A DNA stretch of 64,000 nt, taken from positions 31,890-95,889 of the forward strand of contig WRMC01000010.1 of NCBI GenBank assembly GCA_009777335.1, given 5' to 3'. Origin of the DNA: Treponema sp. GTDB taxonomy: Bacteria; Spirochaetota; Spirochaetia; Treponematales; Breznakiellaceae. The position numbers and the translations under genes are program-made. Numbering within the stretch: position 1 is the stretch's first letter; the number at the start of each line of letters is the position of its first letter. Shown here piece after piece: positions 45,093 through 53,819 of the stretch. The notes under the pieces are model-generated. The model was not told the DNA's origin, ran no database searches, and saw nothing but the letters and a program-made list of their open reading frames with translations.

Positions 45093-46709
45093 ATGAAATT
45101 TACAGATTTTGACAAAACCGAGGCTTATAAAAACCTTTCAAACCTCTCAGAGGCGGGTAAAAAATTGGATTTTACCCGTCTAATGAGTCCTGACCGGGTG
45201 GCTGCATATACAGCGGCCATAAAAGGAAAGGAAACCCTGGTCTATAACTGGGGGGCCAAGAAGGTGGATGACAAGATCCTCGCCGCCCTCCAATCCCTGG
45301 CCGATGAAACGGAACTCATCGATAAATATCAGGCCCTTCTTGAGGGGGAGCTCATCAACACCGGAGAGGGCCGGAAGGTCCTTCACCAGCTTCTTCGGAG
45401 TGGGGCCAAGAGCGCCACCGGTAAAACCGTCAGCCACGAATCCAGAGATTTGGGGGAATTCTATCAGGGGGAACTCGCGCGGTTTCTAAGCTTTGCAGAG
45501 AAGGTCCGCTCTGGCGAACTGGGCCCCGCTCCCGGCAAGTCCTTCACCGCCCTGGCCCAGATTGGCATAGGCGGTTCTGACCTGGGCCCCCGGGCCCTAT
45601 GCATAGCCCTGGAAAATTGGGCCGCCGGAGAGGGCATAAAGACCCTCCGCACCGAGTTTATCTCCAATGTGGATCCCGATGACCCCTCCAGGGTGACGGC
45701 CTCCCTCCCTCTGGACCAGACCCTCTTTATCCTCGTATCCAAGAGCGGCACCACCCAGGAAACCTTAACCAACGAGCTTTTTGTCAAGGAAAAATTACAG
45801 AAGGCGGGGCTGGATCCGGCCAAGCACATGGCGGCGGTGACCAGCGAAACAAGCCCCCTGGCCCATAACCCGGGCTACCTGGATTCTTTCTACTTCGATG
45901 ACTTTATCGGGGGTCGCTATTCTTCTTCATCCGCCGTAGGGGGGCTTATCCTCTCCCTGGCCTACGGGAGCGATACCTTCCGGGCCTTCCTGGAGGGAGC
46001 CGCCGCAGCGGATAAGGCAGCCCTGGAAAGGGACATCCTCCGGAATCCCATCCTCCTGGATGCCCTCATTGGGGTCTGGGAGCGGAACTTCCTTGGCTGC
46101 CCTTCGACGGCCATCCTTCCCTATAGCCAGGCCCTGTCCCGCTTTCCGGCCCATTTACAGCAGTTAGACATGGAATCAAACGGAAAGCGGGTAAACCGGG
46201 ATGGCAAGCCCCTGGCCTATGCTACGGGGCCCATAGTGTTTGGAGAGAGTGGGACCAACGGACAGCATTCATTTTACCAGCTTCTCCATCAGGGCACCGA
46301 TATCATACCCCTCCAGTTTATTGGCTTTAAAGAGAGCCAGAGGAGGGACGACTTTACCCTCGATGGTTCCACCAGCCAGGGGAAGCTGAATGCTAACCTG
46401 GCCGCCCAGATCACCGCCTTTGCCCTGGGGAGACCGGGGACGGATCCCCAAAATGCCAATAAGGATTTTCCCGGCCAGCGGCCTTCCAGCCTTCTTTACG
46501 GAGAGCGCCTAAGCCCCTGGACCCTGGGAGCCCTCCTGGCCTTCTACGAGAACAAGGTGATGTTCCAGGGCTTTATCTGGAATGTGAACAGTTTCGATCA
46601 AGAGGGGGTGCAGCTAGGCAAGGTCCTGGCACAAAAGGTCCTTGGCAAGGGAAGCGAAGGGTCCGGTGACCCCATCCTGGATGCCTATTCGGATCTCCTG
46701 GGAGTTTAG
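45093..46709 (+). CDS. pgi: glucose-6-phosphate isomerase
   Basis: The SD is GGAGG. Motifs are IGIGGSDLGP, SKSGTTQET, DMESNGK and GTNGQHSFYQLLHQG. Confidence 0.92.
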   Translation: MKFTDFDKTEAYKNLSNLSEAGKKLDFTRLMSPDRVAAYTAAIKGKETLVYNWGAKKVDDKILAALQSLADETELIDKYQALLEGELINTGEGRKVLHQLLRSGAKSATGKTVSHESRDLGEFYQGELARFLSFAEKVRSGELGPAPGKSFTALAQIGIGGSDLGPRALCIALENWAAGEGIKTLRTEFISNVDPDDPSRVTASLPLDQTLFILVSKSGTTQETLTNELFVKEKLQKAGLDPAKHMAAVTSETSPLAHNPGYLDSFYFDDFIGGRYSSSSAVGGLILSLAYGSDTFRAFLEGAAAADKAALERDILRNPILLDALIGVWERNFLGCPSTAILPYSQALSRFPAHLQQLDMESNGKRVNRDGKPLAYATGPIVFGESGTNGQHSFYQLLHQGTDIIPLQFIGFKESQRRDDFTLDGSTSQGKLNANLAAQITAFALGRPGTDPQNANKDFPGQRPSSLLYGERLSPWTLGALLAFYENKVMFQGFIWNVNSFDQEGVQLGKVLAQKVLGKGSEGSGDPILDAYSDLLGV

Positions 46710-46726
46710 TTCCGGGTCTTTGGCCC

Positions 46727-47635
46727 CTATGGTTTACAGAGGGCTTCGGCCAGGCGCCTGACGGCGGTAAAGTGCTGGGGGCTTAGCCGGAGCAAGGAGT
46801 CTTCGGGGCCGTTAAGGATCCGCCAGGTAGGGGGGATAGCTTTTTCCGGGTAGGGCTGATCCTTTTCGGCGCTGATAAGAGAGGCGGCCAGGTTGGGATT
46901 TTTCCGTAGCTCCCCCATATAAAGACGGCATTCGGCGGTGGGGAGCATGGTAAGCACCTGGGCCGCCAGGCCGGCCCGGAAAAATCCTGCATCGTCCGAG
47001 AAGGGGGTGGGGGCCAGGAGCACCTTGCTCAGCCCCGTCTTTTTGGCCCTTTCCAGGGCATATCGCCTCAGTTCGGCGGTGCTCTGGAGGAGCTTCTCGG
47101 CGGCCCTACCTTTTATGCCCATACCCCGGGCCCCGGCTTTTATTAAATATTCAGCGGTGGTGGAAATGATGAGGGTGTCTCCGGTGCCGCAGGCATCAAA
47201 GCTGAAGATCCTGCTCCTGGACCAGGGGCCCTTCATTTCCGCTGCCAGGTTATAAGCCCCCTGGGCCTCAACACTGTCTCCGGTTTTTAGTTCTTCCTTG
47301 TCGGTAAAAATAATCTGCCAGTCCTTCTGGGGCCCCCCGGATAACTTAAGGGCCGCTTCCAGTAAAATAAAAACCCCCGCACTGTTGTCGTTTGCTCCGG
47401 GGCTGTTTTCGCTGCGGTCATAATGGGCCACCAGGATGGTAAGGGGCGGGGCTTCGGGCCCAAGAGGAGGGGGTCCTATGATGATATGACGGTTTCCTTT
47501 AATGGCCGGTACCCTATACTCAAGCCCCGACTGCTTAAGGAGCTCATCCAATAGGGCAAACCTGTCTGCCCCGGGGGAGATAAAGTCAATAAAACGGTTC
47601 CAGGGAAAATTTTTATAGTAGTTCTGTATGCCCAT
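46727..47635 (-). CDS. M28-family metallopeptidase-like protein
   Basis: LVAHYDRSENSPGANDNSAGV and FTDKEE resemble M28 metal-ligand motifs. The last ligand region (FSDDAGF) has Asp where M28 enzymes usually have His. Confidence 0.5.
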   Translation of the reverse strand: MGIQNYYKNFPWNRFIDFISPGADRFALLDELLKQSGLEYRVPAIKGNRHIIIGPPPLGPEAPPLTILVAHYDRSENSPGANDNSAGVFILLEAALKLSGGPQKDWQIIFTDKEELKTGDSVEAQGAYNLAAEMKGPWSRSRIFSFDACGTGDTLIISTTAEYLIKAGARGMGIKGRAAEKLLQSTAELRRYALERAKKTGLSKVLLAPTPFSDDAGFFRAGLAAQVLTMLPTAECRLYMGELRKNPNLAASLISAEKDQPYPEKAIPPTWRILNGPEDSLLRLSPQHFTAVRRLAEALCKP

Positions 47636-47642
47636 GATGCCC

Positions 47643-48620
47643 TTACCGGTTCCGCTTTTGATCCGGGGTTCTGGTAAAGAGGCTGGAGAAAAACCGGATG
47701 ATCCTTTCTTTTAAAAGACGCAGATGGTAGCCAAGGCCTTCTTTTTTTCCATACTTAACCGAAAAATCCCGGGCCGCACTGGAGGCGGGGTAGGATAGGC
47801 CGTTTTTCTTTTTTAGGTTATCCCAGTGCTGGACTATCCACACATAAAGATCACTGGGACTTCTGCCGGGAAAGTTTAGGCAGAGCATATCTTCATTTAT
47901 GATTTGTATGATTGGCTGGTAGACCTTGCTGTACCAGGAAACCAGGGCGTTCTGAAAGGAGAGCTCCTCGTCTGTGCTTTCGTTCAGGTAATATTTATGT
48001 ACCAGGATATGATTATAAATAATGTCATAACGGCCCGGCTGGGTAAAGTTTAAATCCTTGTCCCTGGTGAGGGTCCCAAAGAGGGTCTTCTCATAAAAAA
48101 TTTTCTTTTCGTATTCGATAACTGCATGGCGAAGATCGTCGACAGTCATAGTGGAGTCTATCTCAATCTCGGTGGACAGGCTCGTCACTTCCGCATCGAT
48201 GTCTTCTATGCCCATGGACCGGGCTACCGAAACCCGGTGGTTCCCGTCCCTGACAAAATAGGCCCCTCCAATTTCATAGAGCTGTATGGCCGGGAGGGGG
48301 ATGTCCTGTATCTTTGCCTTATCTATCCGCTCCCAGCGGACCCGCAGAAATTCTGACTTGGGGAAAAAATACTTGGTAAAATCCCGGTAGCGTCCTTCAC
48401 TGCCCACGATGCGGCTAATGGACACGGCCTGCATGCCCCGGTAGACCTCGTTGCGGGGTTTTAGAATTTCCCGGACATCGCTCAGGGATAACAGCATGTC
48501 CTTGTCGGTGTTCATAAAATGCTGGATCCGGGAAAGGACAGCCTTGTTGCGGGCCCGGTTAAAATCCTGAGTAGCCTGGTGCTGGTACCTTAATTTTGTA
48601 TGGTAATCCTGCAAGCTCAA
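47643..48620 (-). CDS. ParB/sulfiredoxin-fold domain protein, hypothetical
   Basis: The core reads LPAIQLYEIGGAYFVRDGNHRVSVARSMGI (the DGNHR motif). The start is probably the TTG at 48620, preceded by GGGGGAG and overlapping the upstream stop as TTGA. Confidence 0.5.
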   Translation of the reverse strand: MSLQDYHTKLRYQHQATQDFNRARNKAVLSRIQHFMNTDKDMLLSLSDVREILKPRNEVYRGMQAVSISRIVGSEGRYRDFTKYFFPKSEFLRVRWERIDKAKIQDIPLPAIQLYEIGGAYFVRDGNHRVSVARSMGIEDIDAEVTSLSTEIEIDSTMTVDDLRHAVIEYEKKIFYEKTLFGTLTRDKDLNFTQPGRYDIIYNHILVHKYYLNESTDEELSFQNALVSWYSKVYQPIIQIINEDMLCLNFPGRSPSDLYVWIVQHWDNLKKKNGLSYPASSAARDFSVKYGKKEGLGYHLRLLKERIIRFFSSLFTRTPDQKRNR

Positions 48621-49276
48621 CTTGGCTCCCCCGTGTCTATAAGGTAGTGACTGTAGGCGTTGACTACCTGGGTAGAATGATAGGTGGTGCACCTTTTTTC
48701 GGTAAGGCTGTACAGGTGAATATGTCCGTGGATGAGGTAGCGGGGCTTAAAGGCCCTCATGAACCAGAGGAAGCTTTTAAAACCCCAGTGGCACTTGTCA
48801 TTTTTGTCGTGGATCCCCTTGGGTGAAGCATGGGTAAGCAGGATGTCCACATACCTGCCCCGAAAGATACGGTTAAAAAAAAGGGCCGGCAAAAGCTTTG
48901 CAATCTGAAGGAACATTTGAAAATCGGTAAACTGGTTTTCCCCTGTGTTATAGCGCATGCAGCCCCCCAGGCCTGCTATGATAAGTCCGTTTTCGTAGTG
49001 CACCTTGCTGTCTACATGGATTCCCCCGTAGGGAAAGGTCTCCAGGACCCCCGATCCATAGGGGGATCGTCCCTGTTTGTACTGGCCGTATTCCTTGGTG
49101 TGGTGGTTCCCAAACACAAAAAAAAGAGGTTTGTTCAAGGTAGAAATGATAAAATCCAGGTACTCCATGGGGAGATCTCCCGCCGATAGAATCACATCCA
49201 CGTCTGCATGCCTTTGTTTAAGGCTGTTCGTATAGATCAAGGGATCAATTTGATCTGAGACGCAGAGGATCTTCAT
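48617..49276 (-). CDS. calcineurin-like metallophosphoesterase
   Basis: Motifs are KILCVSD, SAGDL, VFGNHH, LTHASP and HGHIH. Confidence 0.8.
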   Translation of the reverse strand: MKILCVSDQIDPLIYTNSLKQRHADVDVILSAGDLPMEYLDFIISTLNKPLFFVFGNHHTKEYGQYKQGRSPYGSGVLETFPYGGIHVDSKVHYENGLIIAGLGGCMRYNTGENQFTDFQMFLQIAKLLPALFFNRIFRGRYVDILLTHASPKGIHDKNDKCHWGFKSFLWFMRAFKPRYLIHGHIHLYSLTEKRCTTYHSTQVVNAYSHYLIDTGEPS

Positions 49277-50283
49277 GGCCGCCTGGTGCTTTCCTTTCCG
49301 GCCCCTTCTGTCCGGTAATCGATGTACTGGGTGAGTTTTTCGCCCACGTCCCTAAAGTTTTTCTTTTGGGCGTATATTTTATCCCACTGAGCGAGGGCCT
49401 TGGTAAACTCCCTGGTGTTTTCGTAACACATGGCAAGGAAGTACCGGGCATAGAGGCTGTCCCCTTCGGCTTCATTGGTGATGCAGGCGACTCCCCGTTC
49501 CAGTTCCGCAATGGCCCTGTCCATGGTTTTGAGGGACATGTAACAGCTTCCCAGCTCTACCAGGGCCCGGAGTTTGCAATCCTGATCCCTGGCGGCTCGC
49601 TCCAGGTAGGGGATAGCTCCGGTATAGTTCTTGGCATCCTTAAAGATCTTCCCCATATAGAGGAGGGACTGGCCATTAGTGGGATTTAGTTTTAGGGAGG
49701 CATCAAACTCCCCGGCAGCCTCTTTGATGCGCTTACTCCCGTAATAGTGCATGCCCAGTTCAAAACGGTAGCTTTCTTCCCGGGGGTTAAGAGAAACGGC
49801 CTTACGCAGGTATTGGTCGGCTAAATCGCCCTTATTACGGCTCGAAAACAGCTTCCCCGCCTGAAAATAGTACTCCGGGTTTTCGGGATGAGATTTTATC
49901 AGGAGTACATACTCCTTTAGGGCCTCTTCTTCTTCCTTAAACTGGGCATAGAGCCCCGCCATGGCCTCCCGAAACTCCCGTTCGGGGATGTTTTTCCCCT
50001 CTATGCCCAGGCGGCTGGCACTCCGGTACTCCCTAAAGGCCTGTTCGTTCCTTCCGTCGGCTAAATATGCCCTTCCCAATAGGTAATGGGCCTCCGCATC
50101 CTGGGGGTTCTTCTCTACCGCTGCCTTGGCGCTGCGGATGGCCTTGTAGACATTGCCTTTTGTCAGCCGCTCAGCCGCCGCCGCTGCTCTTCTGGGGAGT
50201 ATGAAATTCTTGATTAAAAAAAATGCCAGCAGTCCTATTCCTACAATGAGGAGTAATACAACCGCTAAGCCCGCACCGCCCAT
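49273..50283 (-). CDS. TPR repeat protein with N-terminal membrane anchor
   Basis: A TM segment (LAVVLLLIVGIGLLAFFLI) followed by several TPR units (AEAHYLLGRAYLADGRNEQAFREY...). Its stop overlaps the phosphoesterase start. Confidence 0.8.
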   Translation of the reverse strand: MGGAGLAVVLLLIVGIGLLAFFLIKNFILPRRAAAAAERLTKGNVYKAIRSAKAAVEKNPQDAEAHYLLGRAYLADGRNEQAFREYRSASRLGIEGKNIPEREFREAMAGLYAQFKEEEEALKEYVLLIKSHPENPEYYFQAGKLFSSRNKGDLADQYLRKAVSLNPREESYRFELGMHYYGSKRIKEAAGEFDASLKLNPTNGQSLLYMGKIFKDAKNYTGAIPYLERAARDQDCKLRALVELGSCYMSLKTMDRAIAELERGVACITNEAEGDSLYARYFLAMCYENTREFTKALAQWDKIYAQKKNFRDVGEKLTQYIDYRTEGAGKESTRRP

Positions 50284-50323
50284 GATAATTCCTATTATTT
50301 ATATTTTTGTCCCTTATTCATAG

Positions 50324-50352
50324 TCGGCAAATTTCCGATATATGTATATAAT
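50324..50352 (+). promoter_or_regulatory. candidate sigma70 promoter for the 50386 TPR gene
   Basis: TCGGCA (50324-50329), a 17-nt spacer, then a perfect TATAAT (50347-50352), about 34 nt before the ATG at 50386. Confidence 0.35.
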
Positions 50353-50372
50353 ATAGTAATATATTTCCGATA
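50331..50372. repeat. perfect 10-nt direct repeat ATTTCCGATA x2 flanking the candidate -10 box
   Basis: The copies lie at 50331-50340 and 50363-50372, 32 nt apart start to start, separated by AT-rich sequence that contains TATAAT. Confidence 0.6.
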
Positions 50373-50385
50373 AACAAGGGTGAAT

Positions 50386-51189
50386 ATGAAAGGTCCAGGT
50401 TCTATTAGGGTTTTCCTCCTCATTATCTGCTTATACGGCCTTTTGGGGGCCAATGTATCCGCCCAAACCTCATTTTCCATGGGGGAAGATCTCTTTATGC
50501 AGAATAGACCCCAGGAGGCCCTGGTACACCTGGAGGCGGTGGTAGCCCAGGATCCGGCCCATGTCCAGGCCTTCCTCTATTTGGGGATAAGCTACCTGCA
50601 ACTGGGCCGGATTAACGATGCCATCAGCACCTACACCGCCATCTTGCCCCGGGGGGGATCCGAGACCGCCAGGATAGCTTTTAACCTGGGGAATGCCCAT
50701 TTTATGAACGGAAGCCACGATCTGGCCCTGGAAGCCTATACCCGGACCCTCCAGGCGGATCCAGCCTATTCTGCGGCCTATCTAAACCGGGGGAATACCC
50801 TGGTCAGGACCGGGGATCTGAACGGGGCCCTCAGGGACTATGAGGCCTACCTGCGCCTGGAACCCAATTCGCCCAAACGGCCCGAGGTGATGCAGCTCAT
50901 GGCCTTTATCCGGGAAGAAGCGGTCCTGGCAGAAGAGCGGCGGGCCATGGCGGAAGAAATAGCCCGCATTGCCGAACAGGAGCGTTTAATCGCCGAAGAA
51001 ACGGCCCGGGCCGAGGCAGAGCTGGCCCGCCAGAGGGCCGAAGAAGCGGCCCAGGCAGAAGCCGAACGCCGGCGCCTTTTACTGCTTGAAGTAACCCAGT
51101 CACTCCAATCCGCAGCGGAAGACTCCCAGGGCCTTTCGGCGGGTTTTGAGGATGTACAGATTTATGATGGGGAGTTTGAACTTGAATGA
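50386..51189 (+). CDS. secreted TPR protein with C-terminal E/A/R-rich helix
   Basis: A signal peptide (FLLIICLYGLLGANVSA-Q), TPR units (AFLYLGISYLQLGRINDAISTY), then EERRAMAEEIARIAEQERLIAEETARAEAELARQRAEEAAQAEAERRR. Confidence 0.8.
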   Translation: MKGPGSIRVFLLIICLYGLLGANVSAQTSFSMGEDLFMQNRPQEALVHLEAVVAQDPAHVQAFLYLGISYLQLGRINDAISTYTAILPRGGSETARIAFNLGNAHFMNGSHDLALEAYTRTLQADPAYSAAYLNRGNTLVRTGDLNGALRDYEAYLRLEPNSPKRPEVMQLMAFIREEAVLAEERRAMAEEIARIAEQERLIAEETARAEAELARQRAEEAAQAEAERRRLLLLEVTQSLQSAAEDSQGLSAGFEDVQIYDGEFELE

Positions 51190-53224
51190 CAAAAGAGTAA
51201 TCATCATCGGGGGGGCCGTACTGCTCCTCCTCATAGGAGTGGGGGTCTTCCTCTTTTTACGGTTTAACAACCCCGAGGCCAGAGAAGCCCGGCTCATAGC
51301 CCGGCAGGAAAGGCTGGCCGCCGGGGGAGCAGCCTCCAGCTCAAGCACAGAAACCCTTCTTACTGAGAGGGAAAGAATACGGGAAAACACCCTCAGCCTG
51401 GCCCGGGAATACATGGAGCGGGGCGAATTTCAACGGGCCCTGGATCTAATAGACCGGCTCTTGATCGATGACCCCGGGGACCAGGGGGCCCGGGACCTGA
51501 AAGAAGAAATCCTTGTAAGCCAGCGGCATGTGCAAGAGACCCTCATCGCCGAGTCCCAGCGGCTCCATCCCAGTACAGAACCGGATATTTCTCCTGCAGA
51601 ACTGGCGGCCCAGATGGCAGCCAGGGCCGCCCAGGAGGATCAACTAAGGCAGATAAGGGCCCAGGAACAGGCCCGGGTGCAGGCCCTGGCAGAAGCCCAG
51701 GCCCAGGAAGCGGCCGAACGAAGGGCCGCCCAGGAAGCCGAAGCCGCCCGCCGCCGGGCCCAGGAAGAGGAACTCGCCCGGGCTTCCCGGGAACTCCGGG
51801 CCCAGATGGATAGGGTCCTGGACCTCCTGAGCCAGGGTCAGGCAGCTCTTTCCAGGGGAGACCGGGGAGGAGCAGAAGCCGCCTTTGCCGAGGCCCGGGA
51901 CCGGCTGCCCCCAGGGGAAAACCGCTTTGCCGCCCAGGTCCTCTCGGAAATGGCCGAGGCCTGGTACGATGTGTCAGATAATAACAGCGCCCCCGGCAGG
52001 GAAGCTGCCTCCAGGGCGGCCTCTTTGGCCCGGGATGCCATAAACCGGGACAGCAGTCAGGCCCTTCCCCATTTTACCCTGGGAAAGGTGCTCCGGGACC
52101 AGGGGCAGGTAAACGGGGCCATTTCTTCCTTCCAGGAAGCTATCAGACTGGACCCCCAGAACCATATCTATCACCACGACCTGGGCAGGGTCTACTTTAG
52201 TGCCGGGCGTTTTGCCGAGGCCCGCCAGTCCTTCGAGGCCTCGGTGAGTATCAGGCCCAACTTTGAACCGGCCCTTTATAATTTGGGGGGGACCCTCCGG
52301 GCCCTCAACCGTCAAGGGGAGGCCCTGGATGCCTTTCGCCGGGCCGTGGCTGCCAGGCCCGACTATGCCCTGGCCCACCGGGAAATTGGCCGGATCCTCT
52401 CAGGTATGGGGGATAACCGGGGAGCTATCGATGCCTACACCCGGGCCATACAGCATAATCCCAATGATCTGGCCTCCCTGCAGGAACTGGGGGCTGTCCA
52501 GAGTGTAGCCGGAAACCACCGGGCCGCCGAAGAAGCCTTTGGACGGGCCCTCATCCTGGCCCCCAATGACGGCCAAACCCTCTATAATATGTCGGTGGTC
52601 CAGCTGGCCCTGGAACGGAACAGCGAGGCCCTGCGTTTTGCCCAGCGGGCCGTAGAAAGGGAACCTCAGAATGCGGTCTGGGTCTTTAATTTAGGGGTCG
52701 CCCATGAAGCAACGGGGGACCTGGAAGGGGCCATCCTGGCCTATGCCCAATCTATCCGGCTGGATTCCCGGTATGTAAGACCCCGGGTAAATCTGGGGAG
52801 CATCAACCTGGCCAATGGTTTAATAGACCAGGCCCTGCTCTTTTTGACCGAGGCTTATCAAATCGACAGCAGCTCCTTTGAGGTGAACAATAACCTGGGG
52901 GCCGTTTATGCCAGGATGGAAAACTGGACCGCCAGCGTGGACCATTACCAGCGGGCCCTAAGGGTGGAACCGGCCAACGAAACGGTGCAGCTCAACCTGG
53001 CCAGGGCCCTGGCAGGGGCGGGAAGTCTGAGCCAGGCCCGGGATATATACCGGGATGTGGTTCGCCTGTCTCCGGGTAACTGGGAAGCCCTCTTTGAGCT
53101 GGGGAAAACCCATGTAAGCCTGGGTGAACATGTCCAGGCTCGGCAGACCCTGGAAGAACTTATTCTTCGGAACCCCAGCTTTTCCGCCAGGGCAGAGGTG
53201 GAGCGGATCCTCGCCGGAATCTAG
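51146..53224 (+). CDS. membrane-anchored TPR protein with Q/A/E/R-rich helix (start codon uncertain, 51146-51185)
   Basis: A TM segment (IIIGGAVLLLLIGVGVFLFL), a charged helix (AAQEDQLRQIRAQEQARVQALAEAQAQEAAERRAAQEAEAARRRAQEEE), then at least 9 TPR units. Confidence 0.8.
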   Translation: MRMYRFMMGSLNLNDKRVIIIGGAVLLLLIGVGVFLFLRFNNPEAREARLIARQERLAAGGAASSSSTETLLTERERIRENTLSLAREYMERGEFQRALDLIDRLLIDDPGDQGARDLKEEILVSQRHVQETLIAESQRLHPSTEPDISPAELAAQMAARAAQEDQLRQIRAQEQARVQALAEAQAQEAAERRAAQEAEAARRRAQEEELARASRELRAQMDRVLDLLSQGQAALSRGDRGGAEAAFAEARDRLPPGENRFAAQVLSEMAEAWYDVSDNNSAPGREAASRAASLARDAINRDSSQALPHFTLGKVLRDQGQVNGAISSFQEAIRLDPQNHIYHHDLGRVYFSAGRFAEARQSFEASVSIRPNFEPALYNLGGTLRALNRQGEALDAFRRAVAARPDYALAHREIGRILSGMGDNRGAIDAYTRAIQHNPNDLASLQELGAVQSVAGNHRAAEEAFGRALILAPNDGQTLYNMSVVQLALERNSEALRFAQRAVEREPQNAVWVFNLGVAHEATGDLEGAILAYAQSIRLDSRYVRPRVNLGSINLANGLIDQALLFLTEAYQIDSSSFEVNNNLGAVYARMENWTASVDHYQRALRVEPANETVQLNLARALAGAGSLSQARDIYRDVVRLSPGNWEALFELGKTHVSLGEHVQARQTLEELILRNPSFSARAEVERILAGI

Positions 53225-53793
53225 CGGTACACGACCTTGCTGGCAGGATCGGCCCGGGAGGATGCGGAGCTTACCACATCGACCCCCGCCGGGAGCCTGC
53301 CAAAACGGGTAACGATAATGGCCGTATGATTGTCGGGAATTCCCAGCTGGCTTTTCAGGTTATTTGCCCTGTTAATTAAAGCCGCATTGGTGTATTGCCG
53401 GGCCCCCAACCCCAGGGCCTGGGCGGCGAAAAACTGGCTCTGGGCCGCCAGACCGGCGTCCAGGATGACCGCGTCTCTGCCGGACCCCGATAATACCCCG
53501 GACACAATGATCAATATATTCCCCGCCGGCATATTGGGCTGGATTTGGGCGGCCAGGGCCGGGTTCTGCACCACCGTAAAGAGCCAGGGCTGGCGGTTCC
53601 CCGCACTGGGGGCCCGGAGCCCGGCCTGTACGAGGGCATTTACTTCAGCCTGGCTTAGCTCCCCGGCGACAAAATTGTTGGCCGAAAAATGATTCAAGAT
53701 GGGGAAGAGGGCCGGGTTGTCGGGGACCTGGGCCCCCAGAGCAGACAAGCTCAGAATAAAGAGAACAGAGAAGATGATGCTGGTTTTTTTCAT
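53221..53793 (-). CDS. nitroreductase-family protein with N-terminal signal peptide
   Basis: The start at MKKTSIIF (53793) has the SD AAGGAAGG. The leader reads IIFSVLFILSLSALGA-QV. The nitroreductase core reads LVQAGLRAPSAGNRQPWLFTVV. Confidence 0.75.
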   Translation of the reverse strand: MKKTSIIFSVLFILSLSALGAQVPDNPALFPILNHFSANNFVAGELSQAEVNALVQAGLRAPSAGNRQPWLFTVVQNPALAAQIQPNMPAGNILIIVSGVLSGSGRDAVILDAGLAAQSQFFAAQALGLGARQYTNAALINRANNLKSQLGIPDNHTAIIVTRFGRLPAGVDVVSSASSRADPASKVVYR

Positions 53794-53819
53794 GTTTCCT
53801 TCCTTCTTAGTAAGTTTTA

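Noticed and set aside
50380-53224. Possible frameshifted single TPR gene: two TPR ORFs overlap by 44 nt in different frames.
   Set aside because: The second ORF has its own N-terminal membrane anchor and the first has its own signal peptide and a natural C-terminal end. These are two genes, not a disrupted one.
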